A DNA stretch of 64,000 nucleotides from Thermoanaerobaculia bacterium (GTDB lineage Bacteria; Acidobacteriota; Thermoanaerobaculia; Multivoradales; UBA5704), in assembly GCA_036376245.1 (NCBI GenBank), contig DASVAS010000072.1, forward strand, positions 12,959 through 76,958, written 5' to 3'. Shown here piece after piece: positions 37,765 through 47,599 of this stretch; the stretch's first letter is position 1; each line of letters starts with the position of its first letter. A program made the position numbers and the translations under genes. A model generated the notes under the pieces. The model searched no databases. It had not been told where the DNA came from and was given only the letters and a program-made list of their open reading frames with translations.

Positions 37765-38169
37765 ATGATGACCACCCACCCCATCGTTCTCTTCGACGGC
37801 GTCTGCAACCTCTGCAACGGTTCCGTCCAGTTCATCCTCCGCCGCGACCCCGCCGGCAAGTTCCGTTTCGCCTCGCTCCAGTCCGACCTCGGGCAACGCC
37901 TCCTGAACGAGCGCGGGCTCGATCCCAAGGCCCTGGACAGCGTCGTAGTCATCGACGGCGACCGCTGCTACCGCGAGAGCGACGCCGCCCTGCGCGTCGC
38001 CCGGGACCTCAAGGGCGCGTGGAAGGCGTTGACGGTCTTCCGGCTGATCCCGCGGCCGGTCCGGGACTGGCTTTACCGGCTGATCGCGCGGAACCGCTAT
38101 AGCTGGTTCGGGAAGACGGAGACGTGCTGGTTGCCGACTCCGGAATTGCGGGGGCGGTTTCTGGGGTAG
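37765..38169 (+). CDS. DCC1-like thiol-disulfide oxidoreductase (DUF393)
   Basis: IVLFDGVCNLCNGSVQFILRRD CxxC block. Confidence 0.7.
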   Translation: MMTTHPIVLFDGVCNLCNGSVQFILRRDPAGKFRFASLQSDLGQRLLNERGLDPKALDSVVVIDGDRCYRESDAALRVARDLKGAWKALTVFRLIPRPVRDWLYRLIARNRYSWFGKTETCWLPTPELRGRFLG

Positions 38170-38196
38170 GCCGCCCAGATCTGTAGTGCCTGCTGG

Positions 38197-38352
38197 GGCG
38201 GCCTGCCCTCCGAGACCTCACCCTCGGTCCCTCTCCTGAAGGAGAGGGAGGTCTCTTCGGCGCAGGCAAGATCGCCTCCTCATCGTTCCCCCTCTCCCGG
38301 TCGGCGGACGGGGGGCGGGAGAGGGGGCCAGGGGGTGAGGCCTCGAAGGGCA
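38197..38352. repeat. GC-rich MITE-like palindromic element, copy B
   Basis: GCGGCCTGCCCTCCGAGACCTCACCCTCGGTCCCTCTCC ... CCCTCTCCCGG..GGGAGAGGGGGCCAGGGGGTGAGGCCTCGAAGGGCA. Confidence 0.7.
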
Positions 38353-38535
38353 TCCCGCTCGCCTGGAACATCCCTACTGATTCCCGCTGCCCCCCCGGCC
38401 GAAATCCTTTCACCCCCATCGACATAAACCTCATGAGGCCCGGCCTCGTAGAGTAGAGAAGTCCATGCCCCCCGACCGATGTAGAATCCACCGTCCGTTC
38501 GCAGCAACGCCTGACTTCCAGGAGGGGAGCCTGTC

Positions 38536-39324
38536 TTGAATCGCGTCCTCGCGGCGTTCGCGCCCAACCGGGTCATCTCGAAGAACACCCTGCGGATCAT
38601 CGTCGCCTTCCAGGTGGCGATCGTCGTGCTGATCTGGATCAACTCACCGTTCGAGGTGCTGCCGCAGCCGGACGAGGTGCTGCGCGCCTTCAACGGGCTG
38701 TGGTTCGAGCAGGGGCTGGGACGGGAGCTGGGGACCAGCTTCCTGATCAACCTCCAGGCCCTGGGCCTGACGCTGGCGATCTCCCTGGCCCTGTCCTACC
38801 TGACGGTGATCCCGGCCTTCCGGCCCATCGCCCTGGCGGTCTCCAAGGGCCGCTTCCTGGGGCTGATCGGCCTGACGTTCGTCTTCACCCTGATGGTGGG
38901 CGGCGGCCGGCCCCTCAAGGTGTCGCTGCTGGTCTTCGGCATGACGGTCTTCTTCGTGACCTCCATGGCCTCGGAGGTGCTGTCGATCCCGCGCGAGAAG
39001 TTCGACCACGCCCGCACCCTGCGGATGAACGAGTGGCAGGTGGTCTGGGAGGTGGTGGTGCTGGGCACGCTGGACCGGGCCTTCGAGGTGCTGCGCCAGA
39101 ACGCCGCCATCGGCTGGATGATGCTGACCATGGTGGAGGGCATCTCCCGCTCCGAGGGGGGCGTGGGCGCCATGTTGCTCAACCAGAACAAGCACTTCCG
39201 GCTGGCCGAGGTGTTCGCCATCCAGATCACCATCCTCCTGGTGGGCATCCTCCAGGACTACGGCATCGGCGCGCTGCGGCGGCTGATCCTGCCCTACGCC
39301 GACCTCACCCTGGAGAGGAGGTAG
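38536..39324 (+). CDS. ABC transporter permease (NitT/TauT, SsuC/TauC-like)
   Basis: TTG start; six-TM BPD-transporter-like permease (MASEVLSIPREKFDHARTLRMNEWQVVWEVVVLG). Confidence 0.7.
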   Translation: MNRVLAAFAPNRVISKNTLRIIVAFQVAIVVLIWINSPFEVLPQPDEVLRAFNGLWFEQGLGRELGTSFLINLQALGLTLAISLALSYLTVIPAFRPIALAVSKGRFLGLIGLTFVFTLMVGGGRPLKVSLLVFGMTVFFVTSMASEVLSIPREKFDHARTLRMNEWQVVWEVVVLGTLDRAFEVLRQNAAIGWMMLTMVEGISRSEGGVGAMLLNQNKHFRLAEVFAIQITILLVGILQDYGIGALRRLILPYADLTLERR

Positions 39325-39327
39325 CCC

Positions 39328-40152
39328 ATGATCCCGGCGCACGAGCGCAAGGGCGTGATCCTCAAGGGGGAGAACATCTCGGTCGCCCTCGGCGGGGTCC
39401 AGATCCTCAAGGACGTCAACCTGGAGATCCGCGACGTGGTCCGGCCGGATACCGTCGCCGGCCAGGTGGTGGGCCTGCTGGGCCCCTCGGGGGTGGGGAA
39501 GACGACCCTGTTCCGCATCCTGGCCGGCCTCGACAAGCCGGACACGGGCCGGGTGGTCCTCGGCGACGAAGGAAAGCCGGTCGAGCGCGGCATGGTGGGG
39601 GTGGTGGCGCAGAACTATCCGCTGTTCGCCCACCGCACCGTGCTGGGAAACCTCATGGTGGCCGGCCGCAACGCGGGGCTCTCCCGCGCCGCGGCCAGGG
39701 AAAAAGCCATGAGCTTCCTCCAGCGCTTCGGCCTGGAGGACAAGGCCAAGCATTATCCGCCCCAGCTCTCCGGCGGCCAGCGGCAGCGGGTGGCCATCGC
39801 CCAGCAGTTCATGTGCAGCGAGAACCTGCTGCTCCTCGACGAGCCGTTCTCGGGCCTCGACCCGATGGCCATCGACCGCGTGTGCGAGCTGCTCAACGAA
39901 GTGGCCTGCATGCACGAGCTGAACACCATCATCGTGGTCACCCACGACATTTCCGCCGCCCTGGAGGTTGCGGATACGATCTGGCTGATGGGACGCGACC
40001 GGGACGCCGAGGGCAAGGTCATCCCTGGCGCGCGGATTCAAGAGAGCTACAATTTGATCGAGCGCGGTCTGGCGTGGCGGGACGGCATCACCACCAGTCC
40101 GGAGTTCCTGTTGACGCTCCGGGAGATCCGCGCCCGGTTCCCCAGTCTCTGA
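39328..40152 (+). CDS. ABC transporter ATP-binding protein
   Basis: Walker A GPSGVGKTT, signature LSGGQRQRVAIAQ, Walker B LLLDEPFSGLD; starts 4 nt after the permease stop. Confidence 0.85.
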   Translation: MIPAHERKGVILKGENISVALGGVQILKDVNLEIRDVVRPDTVAGQVVGLLGPSGVGKTTLFRILAGLDKPDTGRVVLGDEGKPVERGMVGVVAQNYPLFAHRTVLGNLMVAGRNAGLSRAAAREKAMSFLQRFGLEDKAKHYPPQLSGGQRQRVAIAQQFMCSENLLLLDEPFSGLDPMAIDRVCELLNEVACMHELNTIIVVTHDISAALEVADTIWLMGRDRDAEGKVIPGARIQESYNLIERGLAWRDGITTSPEFLLTLREIRARFPSL

Positions 40153-40153
40153 A

Positions 40154-41125
40154 ATGGACGCCAAGAAGAAGAGAACGCTCCTCAAGAAGAGCATCGCCAA
40201 GGCCCTGACGTCCCAGGGGACCGTGGTCACCGGCGCCGTGTGCCTGGCGGCCTCGGCGGTCACCCTCAACCCGCTGCCCCTGATCCTCTGGGGCCTGGGG
40301 GCGACCGGCTGGGTGACGCTCGCCTCGACCGGCAACCGCTACATCCAGCAGATCGAGGAGGAGGAGCGGCGCGAGACGGAGCTCAAGGCGGAGCGGGACC
40401 GCGAGACGCTGCGCCAGAAGGTGGAGCAGATCCTGGGGGAGAACCCCATCTCCAACTGGATCCGGGCCGGGTTGATGCCGGATTACATGGCGGTCTACCG
40501 CCGGCTGGCCGAGGTCCGCGGCCGCGTCTCGCGGGTGCTCGCCGAGCGCAGCGACCTCGACACCCTCAGCAAGGCGGACATCCTCCAGCAGCTCGGCTAC
40601 ATGCTGACGGCCTACCTCAACTTCGTGCGCGAGCGGGTCTCCTATCTTCAGATCCTGGCCCACATCCGCCCCGGGGCGGACACGCCCACGTCCACGCCGC
40701 CGCCCCCGCCGCAGGAACGCAAGCGGGGGCTGCAGCAGGTGCGGCCGTTCACGCCCCCGGCCACGCCGCTGCCGAGCGTGGACAAGCGCATGGCCGACGT
40801 GGACGAGAAGATCCGGGTGCTTCAGGAGCTGGCGAAGAAGGAGCCCGCCACGGCGCGCACCCGCCAGTTCCACATCGGAATCCTCGAGAAGCAGCGCGAG
40901 CTGCTGATCGAGTGCCAGAAGCGCGACCAGTTGGTGGTCGCGCAACTGGGCGCGTTCTCGGACGTCTTCGAGGTCATCCTCGGGCGCGTGAGCGCTTCGC
41001 AGTTCAGCGCCACCGAGGTTTCGAGCTACATGAGCTCCGTGGTGGAGCAGGTGGTGGAGACCGAGCGTTTCGTGGACTCGCTGCGGCCCGCCATGGACCA
41101 ACTCATGGGCATGGAGCCGGCCTGA
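40154..41125 (+). CDS. hypothetical membrane/coiled-coil protein of the ABC cassette
   Basis: 323 aa with two predicted TM helices (VVTGAVCLAASAVTLNPLPLILWGLGATGWVTLA), a charged coiled coil (IEEEERRETELKAERDRETLRQKVEQ) and a Pro/Thr linker (TPTSTPPPPPQ); starts 1 nt after the ATPase stop. No family recognised. Confidence 0.5.
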   Translation: MDAKKKRTLLKKSIAKALTSQGTVVTGAVCLAASAVTLNPLPLILWGLGATGWVTLASTGNRYIQQIEEEERRETELKAERDRETLRQKVEQILGENPISNWIRAGLMPDYMAVYRRLAEVRGRVSRVLAERSDLDTLSKADILQQLGYMLTAYLNFVRERVSYLQILAHIRPGADTPTSTPPPPPQERKRGLQQVRPFTPPATPLPSVDKRMADVDEKIRVLQELAKKEPATARTRQFHIGILEKQRELLIECQKRDQLVVAQLGAFSDVFEVILGRVSASQFSATEVSSYMSSVVEQVVETERFVDSLRPAMDQLMGMEPA

Positions 41126-41153
41126 ATCCCCGGGCCGGAAAGGAGAAGATAAG

Positions 41154-42977
41154 ATGAAGCTCACCCCCTTGGGGAAAGTGATCGTCATCGTTTGTTTGCT
41201 GGTGGCCGCGTTCTTCAGCATCCGCAGGTTCGCCCCGGGTCTGCTGGACAAGTTCGTGCCGGCGGCGAAGTCGCGGGAATCCGTGGTCCCGGACCGCGCC
41301 GACCTGCCGGACCTGCCGGCGGACCAGGCCACGGCCGCCTCCAACCGCAACGTCGAGATGCCCGGCGAGGGGCCGGGATGCACCGACCAGCCGGAGGTCC
41401 GTTTCTATCACTGGGCGTGGAACTCCCAGATGGGCATGATGTTCGCCACCGGCGGCAAGCAGGCCACCGAAGGCAGCCTGATGTGCAAGAACGGCGTCAA
41501 CCTCAAGCTGATCCGGGAGGATGACGTCGGCCGCATGCAGGAAGGCCTCATCACCTTCGCCAACGAGCTGAGCAAAGGCGAGCGGAACCCCGACAAGGGG
41601 ACGCACTTCGTGGCCATCATGGGCGACGGCGCGGCCACGTTCCTGAAGGGCATCAACGACAACCTGCGGCGCCTCGGCCCCGAGTACACCGCCAAGGTCG
41701 TGGGCTCGGCCGGCTACTCGCGCGGCGAGGACAAGTTCATGGGGCCGCCGGACTGGAAGTCCAACCCCGCCGCCTCCAAGGGCGGCCTGGTGGCCGGCGT
41801 GCTCCGCGATGGCGACTGGAACATCGCCATGAAGTGGCTGGGCGACAACGGCCTGTGCAACAACCCGGACGAGAAGACCTGGGATCCCAACTGCCTCAAC
41901 TGGGTGGCCGCCTCGGACTACATCGACGCCGGCGAGAAATACATCAGCAACTATTGCGAGGACCGGGCGGTGGTCGAGAACGGCCGCCGCACGGGCGACA
42001 ACAAGAAGGTCTGCGTCAACGGCGTCGTCACCTGGACCCCGGGCGACGTGAACGTGGCCCAGAAGCGGGGCGGCCTGGTCTCCATCGTCTCCACCCGCGA
42101 GTACAGCTCGCAGATGCCGAACACCATCATCGGCATCGACAAGTGGATGAAGGACAACCGCCAGACCGTCGAGGGCATGCTGCAGGCGATCTTCGACGGC
42201 AGCGACGCCGTCAAGAGCAACCGGTCGGCCCTGCGCAAGGCGGCGGAGATCAGCGCCATTACCTACGGCGAGGAGGACGCCGACTACTGGGAGAAGTACT
42301 TCGACCTCGTCACCGAGCGCGACAAGCAGGGTCTGAAGGTCGAGCTCGGCGGCTCCTCGGTGAACAACCTGGCGGACAACATGCTGCTCTACGGCCTGAC
42401 GCCGGGCTCGGCCAACCTGTTCGGGGCCACCTACTCGGTGTTCGGCGACATCGTGAAGCAGCAGTATCCGGACCTGGTGCCGTCGTACTACCCGGTGGAC
42501 GAGATCCTGGACACCTCGTACGTCCAGGCCATCGCCTCGCGGGCGCCGAAGAGCCAGACGCAGATGGCGGCGGCGGAGACGCCGACCTTCCAGCAGTCCG
42601 ATCCGGTGCGCAACGTGGTCAGCCGCCGGGCGTGGAACATCAACTTCGACACCGGCCGCGCCACCTTCACGCCGGAGGCCGAGCAGGAGATGCAGCAGCT
42701 CCTGCGCGACCTGCTGGTGGCGGGCTCGGCGGTGGTCGAGGTCCACGGCCACACCGACAACGTGGGCTCGCCGGACGCCAACATGCGGCTCTCGGAGGAG
42801 CGGGCCTTCGCGGTCCGCCAGTGGCTGGAGCGCCAGTCCCCGGCCAACTTCCCCGAGGGCCGCGTCCGCGTCTTCGCCCACGGCCAGCAGAACCCGGTGG
42901 CGCCCAACTCCTCGGACGCCGGCCGCGCCCGCAACCGCCGGGTGGAGATCGTGATCGGCACCACCGGCAGCACCTAG
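41154..42977 (+). CDS. periplasmic substrate-binding-like domain (NMT1/SsuA-type) fused to a C-terminal OmpA/MotB peptidoglycan-binding domain
   Basis: N-terminal signal-anchor MKLTPLGKVIVIVCLLVAAFF; PBP-like middle region; C-terminal OmpA block (VEVHGHTDNVGSPDANMRLSEERAFAVRQWL ... NRRVEIVI); RBS aaaggagaag. Confidence 0.65.
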   Translation: MKLTPLGKVIVIVCLLVAAFFSIRRFAPGLLDKFVPAAKSRESVVPDRADLPDLPADQATAASNRNVEMPGEGPGCTDQPEVRFYHWAWNSQMGMMFATGGKQATEGSLMCKNGVNLKLIREDDVGRMQEGLITFANELSKGERNPDKGTHFVAIMGDGAATFLKGINDNLRRLGPEYTAKVVGSAGYSRGEDKFMGPPDWKSNPAASKGGLVAGVLRDGDWNIAMKWLGDNGLCNNPDEKTWDPNCLNWVAASDYIDAGEKYISNYCEDRAVVENGRRTGDNKKVCVNGVVTWTPGDVNVAQKRGGLVSIVSTREYSSQMPNTIIGIDKWMKDNRQTVEGMLQAIFDGSDAVKSNRSALRKAAEISAITYGEEDADYWEKYFDLVTERDKQGLKVELGGSSVNNLADNMLLYGLTPGSANLFGATYSVFGDIVKQQYPDLVPSYYPVDEILDTSYVQAIASRAPKSQTQMAAAETPTFQQSDPVRNVVSRRAWNINFDTGRATFTPEAEQEMQQLLRDLLVAGSAVVEVHGHTDNVGSPDANMRLSEERAFAVRQWLERQSPANFPEGRVRVFAHGQQNPVAPNSSDAGRARNRRVEIVIGTTGST

Positions 42978-43040
42978 GCGGCCATCCTCAGGATGGAAGG
43001 ACGAGGGCGGGGACTGAAATCCCCGCCCTTTTTCTTTGGA

Positions 43041-46000
43041 TCAGCATTCGTCCGGCACGCCGTTGCCGTCCGCGTCCGCGCTCACGCCCTCCACGATGTC
43101 CGTCAGGTCCGACTGGCTGTTGGCGTTGCAGTCGTTCGCCGGCCCCGTGTAGCGGAGGAGGAAGGCGTCGTAGTCGGCGCGGTCGACGTCGCCGTCCCCG
43201 TCCGCGTCGAACGTGTCGCGGCAGGCGTTCGGCGGCGTTTGGAAGGCCGGATCGCTCCCCGGACCGGTCCAGCAGGCCCGCAGCTCCAGGAAGTCGCTGA
43301 GACCCACCGCGCCGTCGCCGTCGGCGTCCCCCGGCGTGCTGGAGACCCGGACCTCCACGATGGTGGCGAGGCCGCTGTTGGCGGCGTGGACGATGGTCGA
43401 TCCGGCCTTGACGGCGGTGACCGTGCCGTTCGCGTCCACGGTGGCGATGGTGGGATCGTCGCTCCAGTACGTGGTGCCGGCCGCGGCGGCGCTGACGTCG
43501 CGCTCCACGCCGTCGTCGAAGGAGCCGGTCACCGTCGCCGAAGCGCTCGGCGTCGTGGCGGAGAGCAGCAGGGGCTGGGAGGACATGGCGAGCCCGGTGA
43601 GGGCGGCGGGGACGTCGACCCGCAGGGGCACGGACGCCGAAGCGATGCGGCCCTGGGCGTCCTCGGCGACGGCCACCAGCTCGATCCGGCCGGCGGCGTC
43701 GGTCGGCACGTCCACGACGTCGTCGAAGCTCGCCGCCTCGACGCCGGTGAAGCCGTGACCGTAGCGGAGGAAGATCCGGACGGGCGTGAAGCCCGCCGCG
43801 CCGGCCACGGTCACCGGCAGCGTCGAGCCGGCCGTCACGGTGGCCTCGGGGCTCGGCGTGGCGATCACGAGGCCGCCTTCAACGATCACCGGTTCCGTCT
43901 TCTCCGCGAGCAGGAGCTTCGGCTCCGCCTCCGGCGCTTCGGCGAGCAGCGCCGTCTGTGGAGTGCAAAGCGAGAGGGGAGAGATGGAGGGGATCGGCAG
44001 ACCCGCGGCGAAGGCCGGGTCGGCGACCGGCTTGTTGAGCAGGTCGATCGCGGCCCGGTTGTAATCCGCCGAGGAGGTGTTGGAAGTGTGCATCGCCTGG
44101 AACGGATCGGACGTGACGGGGCCCACCGCGGCGCCCGCCGGCAGACCCGCCCGCTGGCTGCACACGCCCACGATCACGTCGTAATCCGGCTCGGGCAGGA
44201 AGAGGTTGTCCATGAAATTCGCCGCGCCGCTCAGGGCCATCATCTGGATCAGGATGCCCGCCCAGTGCGTGAAAACAGGCGGCTGGTTCTGGACCCACTG
44301 CCGCCCGCCCTGGCCCACGAACGCGTGGACCGGCAGGCCGATCGGGGGCAGCGACTGGACGGCGGTGCCGCCGCGCCGGAGATCCTCCATCGCGCCCCCC
44401 GCCGCCCGCGGCTCGGAGAGGAGGATGAAGGCTTCGCGCAGCGCGGGCCGGGCGACGACGTAGTTGGCGATGGGCGAGCCGAGCTGCGGCGAATCGATGA
44501 TCACCAGCTTGTGGAGGGTGCCGGTGTAGAAGTTGGCCGGCTCGCGGTATTCATGGGCGCGGGCCACGTCCGCCGGCGTGCCCCGGAGCTGCGCGTAGAT
44601 GCGGCCGCCGGCGTAGATGCGGGACAGGATGCCGCCCATGCTGTGGCCGAAGACGTCGGCCTGGGTGACCGCGAACCCCTTCTTGCGGAACGCCTGGAAG
44701 GCGTTGTTCACGCCCCACCAGACCTGGCTCTGGTTTTCGAGGAAGCTTTTGCCGGCGTGCGGCTCGTAGTCGTGGGGATAGACGAAGAAGCGTCCGTCCC
44801 GTAGCAGGGGCCACTTCCAGCTCGCGCCGTCGCTCCAGACGCCGTGGACGAGGACCACGGGGGGCCGGACGAGGTCGACCTTGCGGGTCACGGTGAGAGA
44901 GGAGCCGCCGCCGGAGGGAGCGAAGACGGCCGTCAGGTCGAGCTGGCGCGGCTTGGACTGGCCGAGGTCGGCGTCGCCCGCCACGCCAGGACGCACGAAG
45001 TCGATCGGGGCGGTCAGCACGGCGAAGGCCCACCAGGCGCTCCCCACCTGGCGGGCGGCGACGGTCACCGGATTGGCGGTCGTGGCCGGCTGGCCCAGGA
45101 GGTCGGCGAGGCGGCCCGCCCGCGCCGGGTCGCGCGAGCCGCGGTCGTCGGCCAGGGTGAAGGTCACGGACCCCGCCCCCGGCGCGCGGAAGCGGAGGAT
45201 CACCGGCGTCACGCCGTCGGCGGCCAGGCCGCGCACCCGCGCTCCCATCGTCGCCAGCAACGCGGGATCGCGGCGGATGAACTGCGCCGGCTGCGAGCCG
45301 AGGGGCGTAGCGGAGTCGAGCAGCCGCGGCGCGTCTCCCGAGATGGGATCGACGATCTCCAGCCGCGAGACCGGCAGCGTGACGTTGCGCTCGGCCTGGC
45401 AGCCCTGGGGATGGTCGTAGCGCACCCGGACCACCACCACGCTTTCGAGCGGCAGGGTCGCGTCGGCCCGCACCCGCACCGGGCAGCGGGCGTTGCCGTC
45501 CGGATAGGTGGTGCAGGGGCCGGTGCGCTCGATCGTGGCGTTGCGGCTGGGGACCGTCGCGGTCAGGGAGCCGCCGGCGGGCGACGCGCTCACCAGCAGC
45601 TCGATCGTCTGGCCCGCCTGAAGCGCCGGCGGCGCCTCGACGCGCAGGATCGAAGCCGGTCCGCCGCTCGGGCAGACCGTTCCCTCCGCCGGCAGGCCTT
45701 CGAGCGGATTGCGGCAGGGGAAGTCTTCCTTCTGCTCCGGATCGACGCGGACGGTGGGCCAGAGCGTGTACTTGATGCCGAGCTCCGCCAGCGGCGTGCC
45801 GTCCGCGAGCGTGATCGAGCGCGGGTCCTCGGCGCAGAAGACCACGGAAGCGGAGCCTTCGCCGTAGGTCGGCGATCCCGAAGCGAGGGCCGACGCGCCG
45901 ACGCTGCCCTCGATGCGGACCTCCAGGCCGCTGCCGGTGAACGGCTGGATCTGGAGCGGCAGGACGGTGCTCGATTCGCTGCCGGTCTCCACGCCGGAGA

Positions 46001-47525
46001 AGAAGCCGTACCGGTTCGCCGCGCCGTTGACCACCTGGATGCTGCCGCTCGCCGAGGAATACTCGCCGATGTTGCGCGCCGGGCGCAGGGCGATGCTGGC
46101 GTTCGCGGCGCCGTTCGTCTGGCTGTTGACGGTGAACGCGGTCCCCTGGACCTGGAAATGAAAGCGGACGTCGAGCTGGGTCTGTCCCGGCAGCAGGTTG
46201 GCGACCACGGAGCCGTAATCGAAGATCACGTACGACGTGAACTTCGCCCCGGCGCTGGGCACGGAAATGCCGTCGTCCTGCTGGTGGGCCTGCGCCGAGG
46301 CCGCGTACGCCTCGATGGCCGATTCGCTGAGGCTGGTCTTACGCTTGATCCGGAAGTGGTCGATGATCAGCTCGGTGCTGGTCTTCGCCGGCTCGGGCAC
46401 GCAGAGCGGCTGGAAGCTCGCGGCGCACAGGCCGTCCTGCCAGGTGAGCATCTCCACCGGCTTGGCCAGGAACGCGTGCCGGACGCCGCCGTAGGTGCCG
46501 CTGCCCACGATGACGCCCTCGTCGCCGATCGAATGGGCGGCGTCGAGATGCCAGGGCTTGCAGTTGTCCGGATGGCCGTCGCGGCAGGTCGGGAGCATCA
46601 TCTCGTTCAGATCCCAGGCCTGGATGCCTTCCCACAGCACCGCCCGGGTCTCGCCGCCGCCGCCCGCGTAGCCGACGATGCGGCCGCTGGAGAGCTGGAG
46701 GTCGCGCGCCGCGGAATCGCCGCCCGCGGCCGGCAGCTCGGTCAGGCCGGTGTCCGACCGCCAGCGGAAGGCGCGGGCGTTCCCCGGCGCGCCGACCTGG
46801 CCGACGGTGGTGAGCACGCCGGACGAGCTGAACAGGCGATAGGCCACGCTGGGCTCGGTCCCGAGCGGATAGACCACCGCGTTCGTCGACCGCTTGGGAT
46901 ACCAGAGCGCGAACCGTCCCTGGTGCTGCCCGGCCGTCACCGGATCGGTCGTGGAGCCGGTGATGGCGAAGGCCGCGCTGGTCCCGGACACCGGCATCAC
47001 GGTCGGCGCGAACGACGGTATCAGCCAGTAGGCCGCGCGGCGCTCGCCGGAGACGGTGACCTCGCCGGCGACCTGGCCGACGGAGTCGATGCCCCAGGCG
47101 ACGCCGCTGGAGCTGCCGGTGGGGAGGCGGAAGAGCTGAGGCAGGATGCTGCCGTCGCTCTGCTTGGTCCACAGCGCGGGCCGGTCGTTCCCCGCCGCGT
47201 CGCGGGTGAGCCCCAGGGCCGTGACATCCCCCTTGAAATCGAAGACCTCGCTCAACACGTCGGACCCGACCGGACAGAACGCCCGCCGCACCCCCGTCCG
47301 GCTTTCGTAGAGGAATCCCGCGCGCGGCACGGACCCCGGGCAGATCGGCGTTTCGAGCGCGCCCGCCGTGACCCCCAGGCCGATGTTGCGCACCCGGTAG
47401 GCGTCGCCCGGTCCGAGGTCCGAGACCGAGTAGTATCGTGGGGGAGACGTGCTCTGCGCGTAGACGGCGGCGGAGCCGAGGAAAGCCAGGGCCAGGGACG
47501 CGAGGCGAAGGACGAAGCGGTCCAT
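43041..47525 (-). CDS. large (1494 aa) secreted multidomain protein: HAF-type repeats, alpha/beta-hydrolase (lipase-like GHSMGG), Ig-like Big_2 domain, dockerin-like Asp-rich C-terminus
   Basis: Signal peptide MDRFVLRLASLALAFLGSAAVYA; AWGIDSVGQVAGEV-type HAF repeats; VVLVHGVWSDGASW ... DVFGHSMGGILSRIY nucleophile elbow; SDDPTIATVDANGTVTAVKAGSTIV (Big_2); DADGDGAVGLSDF ... DADGDGDVDRADYDAF ... DADGNGVPDEC (dockerin/EF-hand-like). Confidence 0.7.
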   Translation of the reverse strand: MDRFVLRLASLALAFLGSAAVYAQSTSPPRYYSVSDLGPGDAYRVRNIGLGVTAGALETPICPGSVPRAGFLYESRTGVRRAFCPVGSDVLSEVFDFKGDVTALGLTRDAAGNDRPALWTKQSDGSILPQLFRLPTGSSSGVAWGIDSVGQVAGEVTVSGERRAAYWLIPSFAPTVMPVSGTSAAFAITGSTTDPVTAGQHQGRFALWYPKRSTNAVVYPLGTEPSVAYRLFSSSGVLTTVGQVGAPGNARAFRWRSDTGLTELPAAGGDSAARDLQLSSGRIVGYAGGGGETRAVLWEGIQAWDLNEMMLPTCRDGHPDNCKPWHLDAAHSIGDEGVIVGSGTYGGVRHAFLAKPVEMLTWQDGLCAASFQPLCVPEPAKTSTELIIDHFRIKRKTSLSESAIEAYAASAQAHQQDDGISVPSAGAKFTSYVIFDYGSVVANLLPGQTQLDVRFHFQVQGTAFTVNSQTNGAANASIALRPARNIGEYSSASGSIQVVNGAANRYGFFSGVETGSESSTVLPLQIQPFTGSGLEVRIEGSVGASALASGSPTYGEGSASVVFCAEDPRSITLADGTPLAELGIKYTLWPTVRVDPEQKEDFPCRNPLEGLPAEGTVCPSGGPASILRVEAPPALQAGQTIELLVSASPAGGSLTATVPSRNATIERTGPCTTYPDGNARCPVRVRADATLPLESVVVVRVRYDHPQGCQAERNVTLPVSRLEIVDPISGDAPRLLDSATPLGSQPAQFIRRDPALLATMGARVRGLAADGVTPVILRFRAPGAGSVTFTLADDRGSRDPARAGRLADLLGQPATTANPVTVAARQVGSAWWAFAVLTAPIDFVRPGVAGDADLGQSKPRQLDLTAVFAPSGGGSSLTVTRKVDLVRPPVVLVHGVWSDGASWKWPLLRDGRFFVYPHDYEPHAGKSFLENQSQVWWGVNNAFQAFRKKGFAVTQADVFGHSMGGILSRIYAGGRIYAQLRGTPADVARAHEYREPANFYTGTLHKLVIIDSPQLGSPIANYVVARPALREAFILLSEPRAAGGAMEDLRRGGTAVQSLPPIGLPVHAFVGQGGRQWVQNQPPVFTHWAGILIQMMALSGAANFMDNLFLPEPDYDVIVGVCSQRAGLPAGAAVGPVTSDPFQAMHTSNTSSADYNRAAIDLLNKPVADPAFAAGLPIPSISPLSLCTPQTALLAEAPEAEPKLLLAEKTEPVIVEGGLVIATPSPEATVTAGSTLPVTVAGAAGFTPVRIFLRYGHGFTGVEAASFDDVVDVPTDAAGRIELVAVAEDAQGRIASASVPLRVDVPAALTGLAMSSQPLLLSATTPSASATVTGSFDDGVERDVSAAAAGTTYWSDDPTIATVDANGTVTAVKAGSTIVHAANSGLATIVEVRVSSTPGDADGDGAVGLSDFLELRACWTGPGSDPAFQTPPNACRDTFDADGDGDVDRADYDAFLLRYTGPANDCNANSQSDLTDIVEGVSADADGNGVPDEC

Positions 47526-47599
47526 CGAAAACCTCCAGGCTGATGCGGCGGACTGTTTATCTTATTCTATCATAGGAATAAGTTGGCTGCCCGGCGAGC

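Noticed and set aside
40088-47543. ORFs 40088..41383(-), 40240..41157(+), 41103..42881(-), 41834..43300(+), 42993..44804(+), 44844..47543(+)
   Set aside because: Antisense or off-frame shadows of the coiled-coil protein, the SBP-OmpA fusion and the 1494-aa multidomain protein.
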